In this document: piece by piece, positions 38,401 to 52,040 of the stretch
Layout: every line of letters begins with the position of its first letter
Numbering within the stretch: the stretch's first letter is position 1
Assembly: GCA_035084275.1 (NCBI GenBank)
Contig: CM068755.1
Coordinates: forward strand, 12,648,001 to 12,712,000
DNA: 64,000 nucleotides
Reading direction: 5' to 3'
Source: Hydrolagus colliei
Lineage: Eukaryota
Translations under genes and position numbers: made by a program
Notes under the pieces: model-generated
The model's database searches: none
What the model saw: only the letters and a program-made list of their open reading frames with translations
What the model was told of the DNA's origin: nothing

Positions 38401-40430
38401 CTATAGCTTGGCTAAGCTTTCTCTGTCAGCTTAGTGCTGTATTTAGTGTTCATGTCTGCTTTGTGCCATAATAGATATGATCCATAATAGACACAACCCT
38501 CTATTCAGGGTGTTAACACTCCCCAGTATATTTTACAATTAGCATTTGATTAAGATTCATACGTGGTCCTTTCAGCTTTTTATGTTAGGTCAAATTGCCT
38601 GTGATGGAGTAAAGCACACAGGCACCCCAGTAATGAACTGGCTAGTAAACCGTTTCAAGTGAAAAGAGAACCATTTTATCACCCTAATGAAAACCAGTTG
38701 GCAATCCTTTACTCCTTTTTAATCACTTATATCAGCACAGCTGCTCATGCATGGGCCTTCAGCCTTAACCATTTACTGGTTTTACCTGTTAACGTGAGAG
38801 CATTGTAAATGCTTGCCAGCTTGCCAAATACTTAGCCGAAATGTCAGGGACCATTTGGTCCTGTGAAATGTCAATCTGACAGAAGTAACATCACACATAA
38901 CATTTGATGCCAGTTCAACAAAAGTTTAGATTTGGAGGCCAAATGTCTCGATTTAAAGGCACTTGCTGTCAATGCATTTTTAATATCCCTGTCAATTTCC
39001 AGGTACCTAAACATACTGCTATTTCGGCTCAAATCCTCATGCTGCTTTGTGGTATTTTCCCAAATTGTTTTACATGAATCTACGTCAGTGTAAATGTCAG
39101 ATCAGATGCAATTTGCCATAGCACAGAATGTACCCTATTTATTTAATTTCCTAAGGGAGGTGACTAACCATAGGTAAAACTTCTAAGAAGATAAAGCTCT
39201 GCAAAATTTTCTCCCTGATGTCCCCCCCCACTCACCCCCTCCTCTCCCACCCCACCTTCGGTCAATCCAATGAAGCTTTAGGACCTCAATTCAATCTTAC
39301 AACCTAATCAGTCATCCCTCTGATGACAGTCTGGACAACAGAATGTACTTGATCATCTATGTCTATACTTGTACTTATACCTTTCAATCCCTGTTAACCA
39401 GATATTGACCCAGCACAGGTGTTCAATATATTGCGCATAAGACTGCAGCGTTCAAGATTGCAGTCTCAAAATGGAAGGGATGAACAATAAATATTTTTAT
39501 CATAAAGATGGAATATTTAAAGGTACAGTACAAATGTGACCATCCCACTACTCCATCCTTGAGTATTTAGGCTCCATCATGGCAAGCACAGTTGCCTCCC
39601 TTGGGATGAGGGAAAGGAGTTGAAGAACAATGATATATTATGAACCTAAAATGAAGAACCATATTGCGAAGATAGGAAAGAAGCAGTGAAGTGGAAATGG
39701 AAAGGTGCAGGCAGAATAATATTTCCATTGCTAATTGGTTCAATAAAGCCAATGCACTAAATGTGCAGAGCTAAATGAATATAGATGGTGCTATAAGTAG
39801 CTCTGAGGTGAGGAGGCCCAGTGGTGCAGCAAATGTGTGCAGCGGTACATTGCTGGTGAGAGTGGTGAGATGTGATTGCGGTTCCACAACCGTCCATGAA
39901 CCATTCAGAGCGATTCCTAATCTCAGTTGGGTTAGAAGGAAATCGCTAAGTGCATGCATGGCGCATTCCACAAGAAATTTGAAAAAAAAATCTGAGGGTA
40001 AGCAATCCCAATTTAATGCTATGCCTTCCTAGAATCTAGTTACAGAGACCTTGGCTTGCTTATCCTCTCTGTGATATTGGAAAATACCTTCAAATCAGAA
40101 AGCGGGACAAATAGTGGCTGCCTGTAAGTCTATAAGTACTCAAAACCCTGAAATATTTGGTAGATTGAAATCAGTGTTACTTTATTGAATACTGACACCA
40201 TGCATCTAAAGGGGAAAACTAATTCCAGCTACATTTAGTAGCTCAAGAAGGGTTACACAGACGACAAGTTCAAGTTAATATGACATGTTTGTACCCCTGC
40301 CACAATTGCCTGACCCTGCAGCAGGATCTGAGTTGAGGAAAGCAGAACGATTACCACAGGGGACAACTGGTTTGACTCTCATTATCTAAAGCATTCCTTG
40401 ATCATATCTTATTATTCCTATCATTCATGT

Positions 40431-40565
40431 TAGAATCATAGAATGTTTGTAGCCATCCAAGGCCACTGAAGCACTTTGAGACGTCCTGAAGACATGATAA
40501 GCCGCTGTAACAAATTCAAGGTTTATTATTATTATTATGCAGCCCGTTGTATCTGTGCTGATCCT
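40431..40565 (-). mobile_element. CR1 3' tail interrupted by a + strand SINE fragment
   Basis: TAGAATCATAGAATG...AGGCCACT | SINE | GCAGCCCGTTGTATCTGTGCTG is collinear with the intact CR1 tail at 18714-18766. Confidence 0.6.
40467..40538 (+). mobile_element. SINE 3' tail (TTA family)
   Basis: TGAAGCACTTTGAGACGTCCTGAAGACATGATAAG...CAAGGTTTATTATTATTATT. Confidence 0.8.
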
Positions 40566-43500
40566 TACCACCCCTCTTCACCTCCTCTAGTTATTTATTG
40601 CAAGTCACACCTTGTAATTGAAAAAGATCTGCGTTGTTTATGTCAAACTTTGATGCTATGTTTAAGAAACTGGAATATAAAATACCCTTTTTTTTCCCCA
40701 CAGTTGCTGTGGAGAACTTTAGGGAATACAAATGTGCAAATCCCATCTGTTTAAGGATCACTTGCTAATATCACTTTCTCTTAATACCTTTGATAAACTT
40801 AAACCGTTCTTATCATAATCATGAACTGTCGGGCTCACTCAAAGTATTACTCTTGAGAACTGAAGCCATTTCGAATCAGTCTGCAAAGATTAAGCGGCTT
40901 AATAAATGCTCTACTGCTGGAGTTCAGCTAAATCTAACATGTGAGGATGCATGTGCAGGACAAAGATAATATATATATACTTTTAAATTGAAGTCCTTGT
41001 TGCTCACTTCAAATTGATCTCTCTTGCTGCTTCACAAAGGGTGCTTACACCTAGTAAATCCAAAGAGTGCTGCAACATTTTTCTCGTGTTCCATTACTTT
41101 ATAAGTATCAGTTAATTTTTAACCTGACCTATTTATCTATCAGTTATCCCGCTAACCATTAATATCTGTTTACTGACTGATGGCCCTCTTGTACCAGACT
41201 GGCACTACATGAAAGTCAACAGTTTTATCAATGCTCTATTGGTATCTGAGCAGTCTATCTGAATGAAAGCAGAAACTTAAAATATGGTGTCCCAGATGAT
41301 ACAAACAGGGCCTTTAGTATTTCTGCACTGAATGATTACTTGCTTTGTTTCCTTCAGTTTTAGATAATTTATAGTGATCTCAGCTAGAAGTGAGACGTCT
41401 TGACTTAGTTAGATCTTTCTGTGTCCTAGAAAAGACAACTAGACTCAATTACAATGTCAGTGCATCCACTGATTGTCAAATACAACAGAACCTCCAGTGA
41501 TAAATAACTACTGGTCTCAAACTGAGCCAAGTACGTAGAAAGCAAAAGGTTGTTATAGGCGAATGTAGGAGACCAATTTTCTTTCATTTGGAGCATCTGT
41601 CAAAAACTGTAAATAGCAATATGATCTATATTTGGTGATGTACTACTTTTTGACCAACCTTTTCATCCTCTGCACTTTTTCACATCTCTCTCTTGTTCTA
41701 AGTCTCTTGGGTATATCTCCACTTTATCTTTACATTTCAAAGCTTAACGGCATTAATTGCATTTGACATGTAATTTTTGTTGAAGCTAAATAATTTATTT
41801 ATCTTTTAAACTGAGGTATTATTCTCAGTATCCACATTGTGTGAGAACGTTTGAATTCTCAAAACAATAAATACCTGAATACTTTTACACCTCTCATGTT
41901 TACACTCCGTGTGAGAATACACATAGTATAATAAATATTAATCATTGAACTATCTATAATCTTACATTACACTAAAATACATTTTCATGTAAATGATTAG
42001 TAGCTTTAGTTCTAATATTTAGTAAATGGTCAGATATGGAAAAATGAAATTTATTTTAGTATGTAAGCACCAGCTTCATTTACTTGACAAGAACAAAATG
42101 ACTCATTTAAAAGTGTGCTCGCCAATTTAAGAGGGCAGAGCGAGGATCATCTCATAAGGGATAATTCAAGCACAATAATAATTAAAAACAACAAAATGCC
42201 AAATTATGAGCACAAAAAGTCAACCTTTCCCCAACAAAAAAAATTACCCGTCTTTTTATCCCCCCCGACTGTTCCCTAAACAGCCTGAAGCTGGAAAATA
42301 TCACAACGAGGTCAAAGTAGAGAAAGAACAGACCGGTGACAGTTTCATTTATTACTTGAGTCATGTGAGCACAAGCCACCAATCCTCAGCCACAAGTGGA
42401 GTCCAGAATGTGACATCTGGAAAGATGAGACACTCACAGGAAGCCTCTGATGTGATTTCTCAGCAAAGACAAAGTAGCAGAAAGGCAGGAGTGACTTAGA
42501 GAGAGAGAGAAAGAGAGAAAATACTCCACAGAATTCATGCTGAAATCAAAATACACCTTATTGATTTTCATAAGGTTGTGCAACAGAAAATACCTTTTCT
42601 GTTTATTAAAAGTTAATTTTAATATTTGCGCCAAGTCACTTTTAATTTGATATTTGCAAAGATCCAAAAATGAATATTGCTTACACAATGCGGAACATCC
42701 CAAATCAAATAGATACATGTTTCGCCAGGACGTTAGTTCAAATGATTTCTTTGTAGCATAAGCTGTGATGAACAGACAAGCCTGAAACAATAAACTATCT
42801 TTCTCTTTCTGGACCTTTCTGGATCTCTGTGGATTTCCACTGCTTCTGCAGTTGAATAAAAATATAATGTTAAGCAGTCATTCCTAATGGTATATCTATG
42901 TTTATCTGTGCACAGATATTTCAAGTTCTTTGCTAGTCCAATTGCAATGATGTATGTACTGAGGTTCCCACATTCAAAATACACTGAGTTAAGTCAGTAA
43001 ATAGTCTATAATAATATGTTCCAATTCAAAGGCAGTAGCAGATTGATTGCTTGAGATAACATTGTAATATCTTTTGTAATAGATAAATATTGAATGCGCA
43101 AAGCTTAAACAGTTTATCATGTCTTCTTAACTCTGAGACATGTTACTGTCTTGAAATACATTCCTGCAATTTTTTTTAATGATATTCAAAGTAATAGGAA
43201 AGAAAGACTTAATAGTTGGTACAGCAGCATTGATCCTCAAGCTTAGTATCATGAATTGGGAAGATCACAGCTTGTTCCTGGACTTAATTCACTTCTGATC
43301 TGAGCTGCACTAAAGCAAGCAGCGATGTCTAGCAGATGAGATAGGGAACATCAGACTTTGTCCAGCCTGGGCAGGAACTCATGCCTCCTTGCAGCAAAGT
43401 AAACTGGTAGAGTCCAGTAATAAGTTGTTCTCCTTGTCTCTCATCAGTAAAGGTGTGAATTCAAGTGACCAGAAGGAAAAGGCAATGCACTTTACAACAA

Positions 43501-44090
43501 ATAGATTGGTTTCAAGCAGTTTTTAAAAAAGGTTCACCAGAAGAATTCTGTATATTGACTGGATAACCAAGTTATTATGGAGCAACAAATAGAGAAGGAA
43601 AATAAACAGCATTTGTCACACAATTCAAATTGAATGGTTGGAAGCCACACCACGCCAACTGATGTGATATGGTGAAATATGACTTGATCTGGCCTCTCCA
43701 TTTATCACAAGACTATGCTGCTGATGAAGGAGTGCAGATTGATTAATGCAGCAATGACAAACTAATTTCTATTCTCCTAAGGACCGTGCACCTGCTCGTG
43801 TTATGATGCACAACAAGCCTCCAAACCTCCGTGACCCAGTGGTTCAGGTAGTCAACGTTTGTTCATTTCTTTCACAGGAATGAAACAGCACCATCTGTGC
43901 TGAATCATATGAGGCAACACAGTCCTGACACCCCTCTGAAATGCAAGTATTTTGATGAACCATTGAAGAAGATGTCTATTTAAATAAATAGCAAATATTT
44001 ACATTGGAGGCCAATAAAGTGTCACTTCAACCCAGTTTTAGAACTATATTATCTTGACATTTTCAAGTCACAGTATAACAGTGTCCATAG

Positions 44091-44539
44091 CAACAACAAC
44101 TAAATTACACTTTGTAATGCTTTTCACGTCAGGAGAACATCCCAAGCACTGGACAATCATTGTTTCAGACACAAGCTGGGGTCGGGGATGGGAAGGGTGG
44201 AGGGAAAAGGGTGGATTTGGGGTGACCAATGGGACCATTGAAAAGGAGGGTCTTGCGGTAGGACTTGAAGGAGGCCAGGGAGGGGGCGAGGCAGAAGGAT
44301 TGCGGGATGGAGTTCCAGAGGTTGCGGACAGACTGGCTGAAGGCTCGCTCATCATTGGTGGGGCAACTGGTTCAGGGGATGTGGAGCAGGCCGGAGCCTG
44401 CTGAGCAGAGGGAGAGGTTGGTAGGGGGTTAGGAGGTCTCAGATGTAGGGTGGGGCGAAGCCGTGGAGGGCTTTGAATGTGAGGACCATGATCTTGAATT
44501 GGATCCTCTGGATGATGAGGAGCCAATGCAGTTGAGCAA
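44091..44539 (-). mobile_element. 5'-truncated L2 LINE (ORF2 C-terminus, 3'UTR and (TTG)n tail)
   Basis: Minus strand reads LAQLHWLLIIQRIQFKIMVLTFKALHGFAPPYI*DLLTPYQP...RAFS...LWNSIP..SLASFKSYRKTLLF, the canonical L2 ORF2 C-terminus (LHWLP..RI.FKI, RAFS, WNSLP). Confidence 0.9.
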
Positions 44540-46077
44540 CTTCTCTTTCAGGAAGTTTCAGACCAGAGTTACAACTCAGTTTGTAAGTTAAAAGATTTTT
44601 AGGGTCCCACAATTACTGCCTCCACATTGGATTCTTCTGGGACTTAAAATATTTAATTTTAATTATAATCATAGGACACAGAAAGAACAGAAAAAGACCT
44701 AGAGACTCTGTGAGTCCATTCCATGGATGACTCTCCTAGTGCATCTCCCACCAAATACATTAAATAATTTTCCTTCACATTATTGGCCATTCAGTCCTGT
44801 CTTGCGTCACTCAGGCAAAATAAACACAGAGAACCCCAAAAAAATTCTCAATGGGAGGGAAGAGCGATGTCAGGAATATTTCTCAAATGAATCTTCAAGG
44901 CAGTCAAGTGAGCACCAACAAGAGTTGGTTCTAGTCAACCCAATGCCCTGTGACACCGCTATTAGTGGTGTCAGTGCAGCACATTTAGCCTCTCTGTCTG
45001 GCAGCTGAAATCTGCCTTTAGTTCGATCACACATCCAATCTGTCTGATCACAGTTCAATTAGTTTGAGTAGCTGTGATCTTCATTGAGCATCTCCTCTTT
45101 AACACATCCCACAAGCAAGTGACAGTGAAGACAGGAACAGAATGAATAGCATATGCAATCCCTTCAGCGACGAGATGAAGAAGCAACCTTGTTCTTTGGT
45201 GGCTTTTGGGGCTTTGTGTGCCAGCTTGTGGAAATGGTGAATGGGCTCCAATTTCATGAACAGCTGAATCATCCTAACTCCAACGCAGAAGGCTGACACC
45301 AACGAAAACCTGGCATCCTTGCAATACAGGCTCCTCTGGTGGCATAGTGGCATTTCCTGGCACAGCTCTGAGTCACTGGTAATGTTGAAGGTTCAAATTC
45401 TGATGTCAGCTGGAACAGCAATTAAAGTGTGGTGTTTAGCCCCTGCTGTCCTGGTTTAGGGATTGTAAAATCAATGTGGATTCTCCTTAAATATATAAGA
45501 CCAGGTTTGGTATCTTCAGTGCTCAGCCTTAAAATAGAAATAAAAATCAACAGAACTGCACTAAAACAAATGTTACAGCACTAAAATACTGTAGTTGGAT
45601 TTTTAACAGTACAAGGACAATCCCTCTTTATTGTGAAGCTTTAATGCCAGAACACACTCTTTCCGTCTGTTTAAAGCTGCTCAGTGTGAACACGTTGCAA
45701 TGGCGGACCAGACTTTTCAAGCAACAGTAAAATCATGTTCCAGGGCAAATAACACACAAAACAAGCTGATGGTGAATTTGCACAGTGACCACCCCAACCC
45801 CCCAAAAACGTTACTGATGTGATTAAATTCTTTATCCCAGAAGCATTCGTAACACACTGCATAAACGCTCTATAGTATAAGATTTACTGAGTAAGTTAAA
45901 AACTTAAGAAATAAAGGGCATTCATGAGCATCCAATTTGGTGGCATGCTTAGAGCACTTTACTGATGCACAATTGTAATTTCCTGTTATCTGTGCATTTA
46001 CGCAAAAGTGTACTAAAGTTTCATCATTCGCAGCAGGACCCAAAAACTTATCAAACTAATCAAACCATTCTTTGCTC

Positions 46078-46190
46078 AGCATTTCTCCCACAAATATACA
46101 GTCAATTCACTCTACAATATATTCTGTGAAGTGCTTTGAGATGTCTAGAAGATGCGAAAAGCGCTACATCAAATGCTAGGATTATTATTA
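46078..46190 (+). mobile_element. tRNA-SINE 3' fragment (TTA-tail family)
   Basis: CCCACAAATATACAGTCAATTCACTC...GTGCTTTGAGATGTCTAGAAGATGCGAAAAGCGCTACATCAAATGCTAGGATTATTATTA. Confidence 0.9.
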
Positions 46191-46446
46191 TCCAATTTTT
46201 TTCTATTGCGGATTATCCTACTTATTTAATCTAACAAACCATAGACAAACCCCTTTGTGGTAAATAAGATTTGTATGACCATCCACTTGAGGTCATCTAG
46301 CAAAACTCCAATAAGTCAAATTGAAATGGCACTGTAAAATATTAAAAATGGATCAATTTCATTTCACAGATGATATTTACCACCATATTGACAGCACAGG
46401 AACACTTGTGAGTTCCATCAAGTATTTGATTATTTATAATTATAAT

Positions 46447-46520
46447 TGTTCTCAAGTACTGATGTGGGGCTTGAAACACACAATCTTGGGAATTTGGGCT
46501 GTGTTTAGTCCACTGTGAAA
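46447..46520 (-). mobile_element. Old DeuSINE-like tRNA head remnant
   Basis: TCTCAAGTACTGATGTGGGGCTTGAAACACACAA is the reverse complement of a box B-containing SINE head; very diverged. Confidence 0.4.
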
Positions 46521-49500
46521 CTAGTTAGTTTCATGCCACCGATGAAATGTTTTTGCAAAGGTGGTTCAGCGCAGTGATTTCCAACTCCCTCCCTTTTCCC
46601 CTTCCATCAAATATCTCTTCCTGTTTCAATATTATATGTACGATATTTCAAGCATTCACTTACTAGGTTCTGCGTCGAATAAATCTATGCCCTCTAGCTG
46701 TTCTGACATGATGCCTTCCACATTCTCATTACCACCACCCCCGCACCCACCACCACCATACCCACACACCCACCCACATGCCCCTCGAGCTCCTAGTGAA
46801 CTGATCAGTGAACTATTTTGCATAATTTGATAACAAGAACGAACTGAAGAGGATGATGGGAATGAGTAGCAAAGATGTTCATGAGAACAGCAATAACAGG
46901 AGGTAGGAGATCAGAGTACAAATCTATTAGTAATTGTCCAGCATTCATTTTTATATCAGTGAACAAACCTTTAACCTGAAGATTGAGAACTTGCTTCTAC
47001 ATTTCAGACTTTGACGCTGCCCATGTTATAACAGTAGGCAATAGCACACAACACATCATTATTGGAACCGATTCTTAAATTCCAATGGAAACATTTTACT
47101 TGAGTGTACAATGCTTTGGCAGCACTCCCGGAAGATGTTTTATTCAGATGTTGAACATAAGGCAAGCTGTACTTACTGGATTATGAGAGCACATAAGAGC
47201 CCCAAAAAGTAATTTAGGAAGTTTTCACTGCGTTGAAGCCATCACTAAACAGGTAAGGAACTGTAATATGATGACACGAGTTTGGTGAGTAATTTCCATG
47301 ATGTCAAGGGCACATTAATGATTAAATGTACATTAGGACCTACTCGCACATTCTGTGCCTGTTACACAGCGTCTTGAATTGGCAGGGGACACCTTGTATT
47401 GGCAAGCTTTCACTGACAAGTTGTGGAAATTCAAGGTGGTAGTAGATTAATTCTCACAAAATTGGCAACTTTAAACAATTTAGAGGTGTGGAAGTAAGGG
47501 GGATGGGGGGTAAAGGGGGAACAGAACATATTTAACTTTGAATGGGAGTGAAGCAACTACCACAAATTATATTGCTTGAAAGAAGGAACTCAAGAAGTGT
47601 CTCAAGGAACTCGTGAAATTATTTCATATGAAAATCATAACTTTGTTGAAGAATCTCAAGTTGAATTGGTGCCTGATAGTTTACTAGAGAATTATTGATT
47701 GTCAAGGACATAATCCTCAATGTGAAACATGCCTTTGGTAGACATGTAAGAGAATAAATGTGGGTTTTACAGCAAAAGAGGAAGCAGCTGGATTGAGATA
47801 CAGTTAGGCCACCATGGCTTGGTTGTCAATGGGAAACATCAGCTGAGAGGAGGACAAATGGGACAGCTGCCACAGCAGATGAGAAAACAAAAAAGCATCA
47901 TGAAAAAGTAATAATGAAAAATGGAAAGTAATGGACAGCCAAAGAAAACAAGCGATAAATAGATTAGGAAAAAGCAAAGGAAATATAAAGCGGGGACAGG
48001 AAAAAGGATGCATGAGTAAACTCGAAAAGATAAATGTAAGTTAATGTAAATCTGATCAAAAAATGCACTGTAGAGATACAGAGGTCAAATTCTGCTAAGA
48101 TTTAGTGTTGTTCTTAATTAAGGAACAGCTTGGCAGCAAATGGCAACATGTGTTGGGATGCTCAGCTCCAGCCAAAAAATGTTTCATATTAAACTTTGAA
48201 CTGCTTGAACAGGCTGATCCAACATGCTTTGTTTCCATTTTTATATACTGTATAAAAAAAATTCCAGCAATACGTCGCATTGAGGAGCCGCCAGTATTAA
48301 AAAATAAAATGAGTGTGTGACCCTTCTGAAGTTATGTGCAGAGGTGGTTCATTCAATTTCCTCGCAGAGTTCTTTGAACTTATTTCAGACCTAAAGCATT
48401 GATGATCTTGACATCATGATGATCCACGGTCTTGCTGTGTATGTGAATGATGTGCTTTCTAACCCCCATGGAATTGCATTCTCTTCTTTCCCCCCACCCC
48501 ACCCTACCCCAGCCCACCCCACAACCCACCCCCGCCAGAAAGGCCCATGCATCCAAGAAAGTTTTTTTTTAAAATGGGCTGATGTATGTTTCGGGAAATG
48601 CAATGCTAATTAGAGTTTTGATGGCTTGAAATCCAATCTATCAGAGAGGATCACAGCAACGTTGCCCTCAATAAGGTTTGTAATGTAACATACCGGAAAA
48701 ATGTTAATTAAAAATTCATGTAAATGACTAATGTTTTATTCCAATATTAAAAAACCCCACTGATATATAGCATTTCATCACATTGTACTATTTCAGAGGC
48801 GAGAAATTTTGCAATGGAATTGATTTAATAGTGCTTACATTTGCTATGTATAATCTGCACAGAGTAGTATTGTTCGAAATACTATTTATATTGTCACCAT
48901 TCAGATCCTCAGAGGTTACAGTGAAGCAAATCTTAATTTAATTTCATACAAGGTTGTTCCACTGACAGCTTTTTTTAACTGAAAACAGACACTAAGATTA
49001 TACATGAGTAAAAATATACCAGGTACAGTAATACTGACAGGTTGAGGCTATGTGCTTGAATTAAAAGAAAAGGAATGAATAGTGAAGTAAAGGAGCCCTA
49101 ATGTTCAAATGTTCAATTTCTTTGCGATTTTATTACTCCATATCTTAGAGAAAATGTGCTTTGAAAAAAACATTGCTGCATGTTTTATGTTTTTCGTTGA
49201 AATGTGACATATCGGCAAAATTCAGAATGATGCATGAAAACAGTGACAATAAATCAAAAGAATTCATGCAAATGCATGTTAATGATGGCATGGAGCCCCA
49301 ATCCAAAGGAGTTATGATAGACTGTGGCAAAAATCAAGTGCAAGCAAAGCCCCCAAGAGGAGGGTAATAAAATACAGCAACAAAACATCACAGAGGAGGA
49401 AATTCCCATTGAATTGGCAAGAGTAACAAAATAGTTAAATAAATAGTGACACAGTGAAAGCAGTGAAATGGTTATCAGGCTATCAGTGACTATGACTAAA

Positions 49501-50034
49501 AACCAAATCTGTTCCAGTAAATATTAATCAGCTTTAGACTGTTTGCCTTTCTCCTGTGTAATGCATGTAATATTATTGTGAGTTCAAATTAGGACTTTGA
49601 ACTTACAGAGTCTATGCTTGCACTACACTGCAGTGCTAGAGTTTGTGTGAAGGAGGATTTCCCATCCCTCCCTCTTTCCCTGGCTCATTGTCAGACTCTG
49701 CCACTGTTAAGCGCGCCGGGACACTAGATCGCGTGAAGTTTGCAATATAAATGCAAATTGTTGTTGACTCTGTCAGAGGTAATGTTCTTCAGGTTGGCTG
49801 AATATAGTTTGCTGGGTGGAGATGATCCAGATCTATTCCAAAATTGCTGTGGAGGTTACTTCTAGATACTGACTTATGATCGCCTGTAGTTTTGGGAATG
49901 ATGCATTTTAAGAACCATGGTTACAAATCCATTATATTTCACAAGGCAAAACAATAAGGCTAGCATAGAAAACTAGCCTATGAACTGGATCTTGAGTCTT
50001 GTGATTTGAAATTACATGTAATTGCCTCACACAT

Positions 50035-50135
50035 TAATAATAATAATAATAATCCTTGCCTTTGATATAGCGCCTTATCACATCTTCGAGACATCTCAAA
50101 GCACTTCACAGAAAATGCTATAAAGTTATTTGACT
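50035..50135 (-). mobile_element. SINE 3' fragment (TTA family)
   Basis: (TAA)n TCCTTGCCTTTGATATAGCGCCTTATCACATCTTCGAGACATCTCAAAGCACTTCACAG. Confidence 0.85.
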
Positions 50136-50360
50136 ATATTAATGTTATCCTGTATGAAGGCCTTTAACCATGCAAGTTTGTGAAGCATTCACTGAATCCC
50201 TTGTCCAACTAGTCAATTTGTGATGTGTGAAGCCTCGATAGCTTAGAAGAGGAGCATCATAGCTAATACTGATCGAGTCTTCGTCAACATTTATAAGCAT
50301 GCTTATTCTTTTTCAGCTGGGATTTGCTGAGTAGCAAACCAGAATATGTAATCCTGGCTG

Positions 50361-50418
50361 ACAACAACAACTTGCATTTTATAGCGCCCTCCACACCGGA
50401 AGGCGTCTCAGAGTGCTT
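50361..50418 (-). mobile_element. L2-type 3' tail (variant family)
   Basis: ACAACAACAACTTGCATTTTATAGCGCCCTCCACACCGGAAGGCGTCTCAGAGTGCTT; sister of 5255-5320. Confidence 0.75.
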
Positions 50419-52040
50419 GCTCAGCTTACCATTGCTAATGGTGACCAGCTCAGCACAGACCATAAATTGAACCTCAGACCTAATTTATCATTGGTTTTGG
50501 CTTCACCAGCAAGGGCATTGGGGAAGTTCAGTTCGTGTAATTCATACCATTCTCTCCCGCAGAGATTTTTCCTGTTTTTATTTTGGTTTGAAACATTCTA
50601 AAAAAAATTGATGCGATCTCAAATCGCAAGACTTGTTTCCTGCTCTATATTACTATTAACGCTTATTTATGGTTGCTGATGTCAATCGCAGATCATCATA
50701 AAAACACTAACCAGTCCACGGCGACTAATTAGACTGCATGACCTCACCCGCGCATGGTGACGAACATTTAACAGTTTCACACCAATCGCTTGACATGGAG
50801 AGGTCAGAAGTCAATTGTTTGTTTGTCTTTTGTTTAGAGAAAGGAATCCAACGAAAGTTGTTGCGTCCTTTTTGTGTTTGGGTTATTCTGACCTTCTGCG
50901 GAATAGTGTCATTGAAATCCTTCCCATTAGGGAATCTCACAGGCAACTTTTAAACAAACGTCAATGTCAATCCTTGCATATCCACTGTATCCTTTTACTG
51001 TATATAAGTGCACCTCTGTAGAATAGTCTCTGTAGACTACAATATTATACAAACAAAAAATGGCATTTCTTTCGTGCCTTTCATGTTGGATTAACTTCTC
51101 AGAGAGCAGGACACGGAGAAACAATTATAGCCAACAATTATACAATGTCTATACACACAACAGCAACACATTTTGCAATACACTAATTGAACGCTGTTGA
51201 ATAAAAAGATCATGTATGTTTAGCTGGTTAATTTTCTCATGAACAGGGGAAATGTTATAGTTACCACCTACTCATGTGATGCACACTTTACAGTACATTC
51301 CTGCTTTGACTTTCTGAATTTGTGTTGATCTGTGCCTAACTTATACAACTGCAAATATCATTCAACAAGAGGTTATTCTAAGCAACAAGTTGCCTTAACA
51401 ATTGAAAACATCTTGCATATTTGAATACCACCAATGGTGTGTTATAATGCTTTCCATTTTCTATGAAAGTAATTAGATCTAATTTTTGGTTAACTCTTAG
51501 TTCAGACTACTTTTGTGTTCAGTACTGCACAATGTATTGTGTTACAATCTATCTGTATTTTAGTGTCCCTAACTGACGTTACGATGCAGCTTTAACAGTG
51601 GAAGAACGTTATGAAAAGAGAACAATCCAGAAGAAATAATACCGCCAGAGATTCATTCAGCTGGAGAAAATGCACATTTTTGTTTGTATGAATTTCAATT
51701 TAGACTTATTAAATTACATTAAAAATTTAATTATAACTTCAAAATATCAACATCACTCATCATCGTTCATCAATTATCAAAATTTGTCTTTTTAAAAAAC
51801 AGCATTTGCCAGTAGTTACTCTGAAAAGATATGTTACATATGAAATAATTTTACTAACAGTCTTATTTGATGCTACAAATATAGTAAAAAAAAAATTCTG
51901 CCTGATGTTCTACAGAAAATGCTTTTAATATAGATTTAAGAATCAATGATTTCTGCCTGGAAGCACCTAGTTTATGGGAAAGAAAGCATCATTGGGATTT
52001 GAAAATAATGTTGTGAGTGGACTTCTTGTATGCAAATCTT

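Noticed and set aside
39771-40032. Mutually open ORFs on both strands
   Set aside because: No recognisable protein; short; no convincing splice-site pair.
43781-43983. Exon-like pieces, including LNHMRQHSPDTPLKCKYF resembling a C2H2 linker
   Set aside because: Lacks the second Cys and any finger array; weak donors; likely chance.
44054-44526. Pro-rich 152-aa (-) and Gly-rich 116-aa (+) ORFs
   Set aside because: Off-frame and antisense readings of the C/G-rich L2 3' end.
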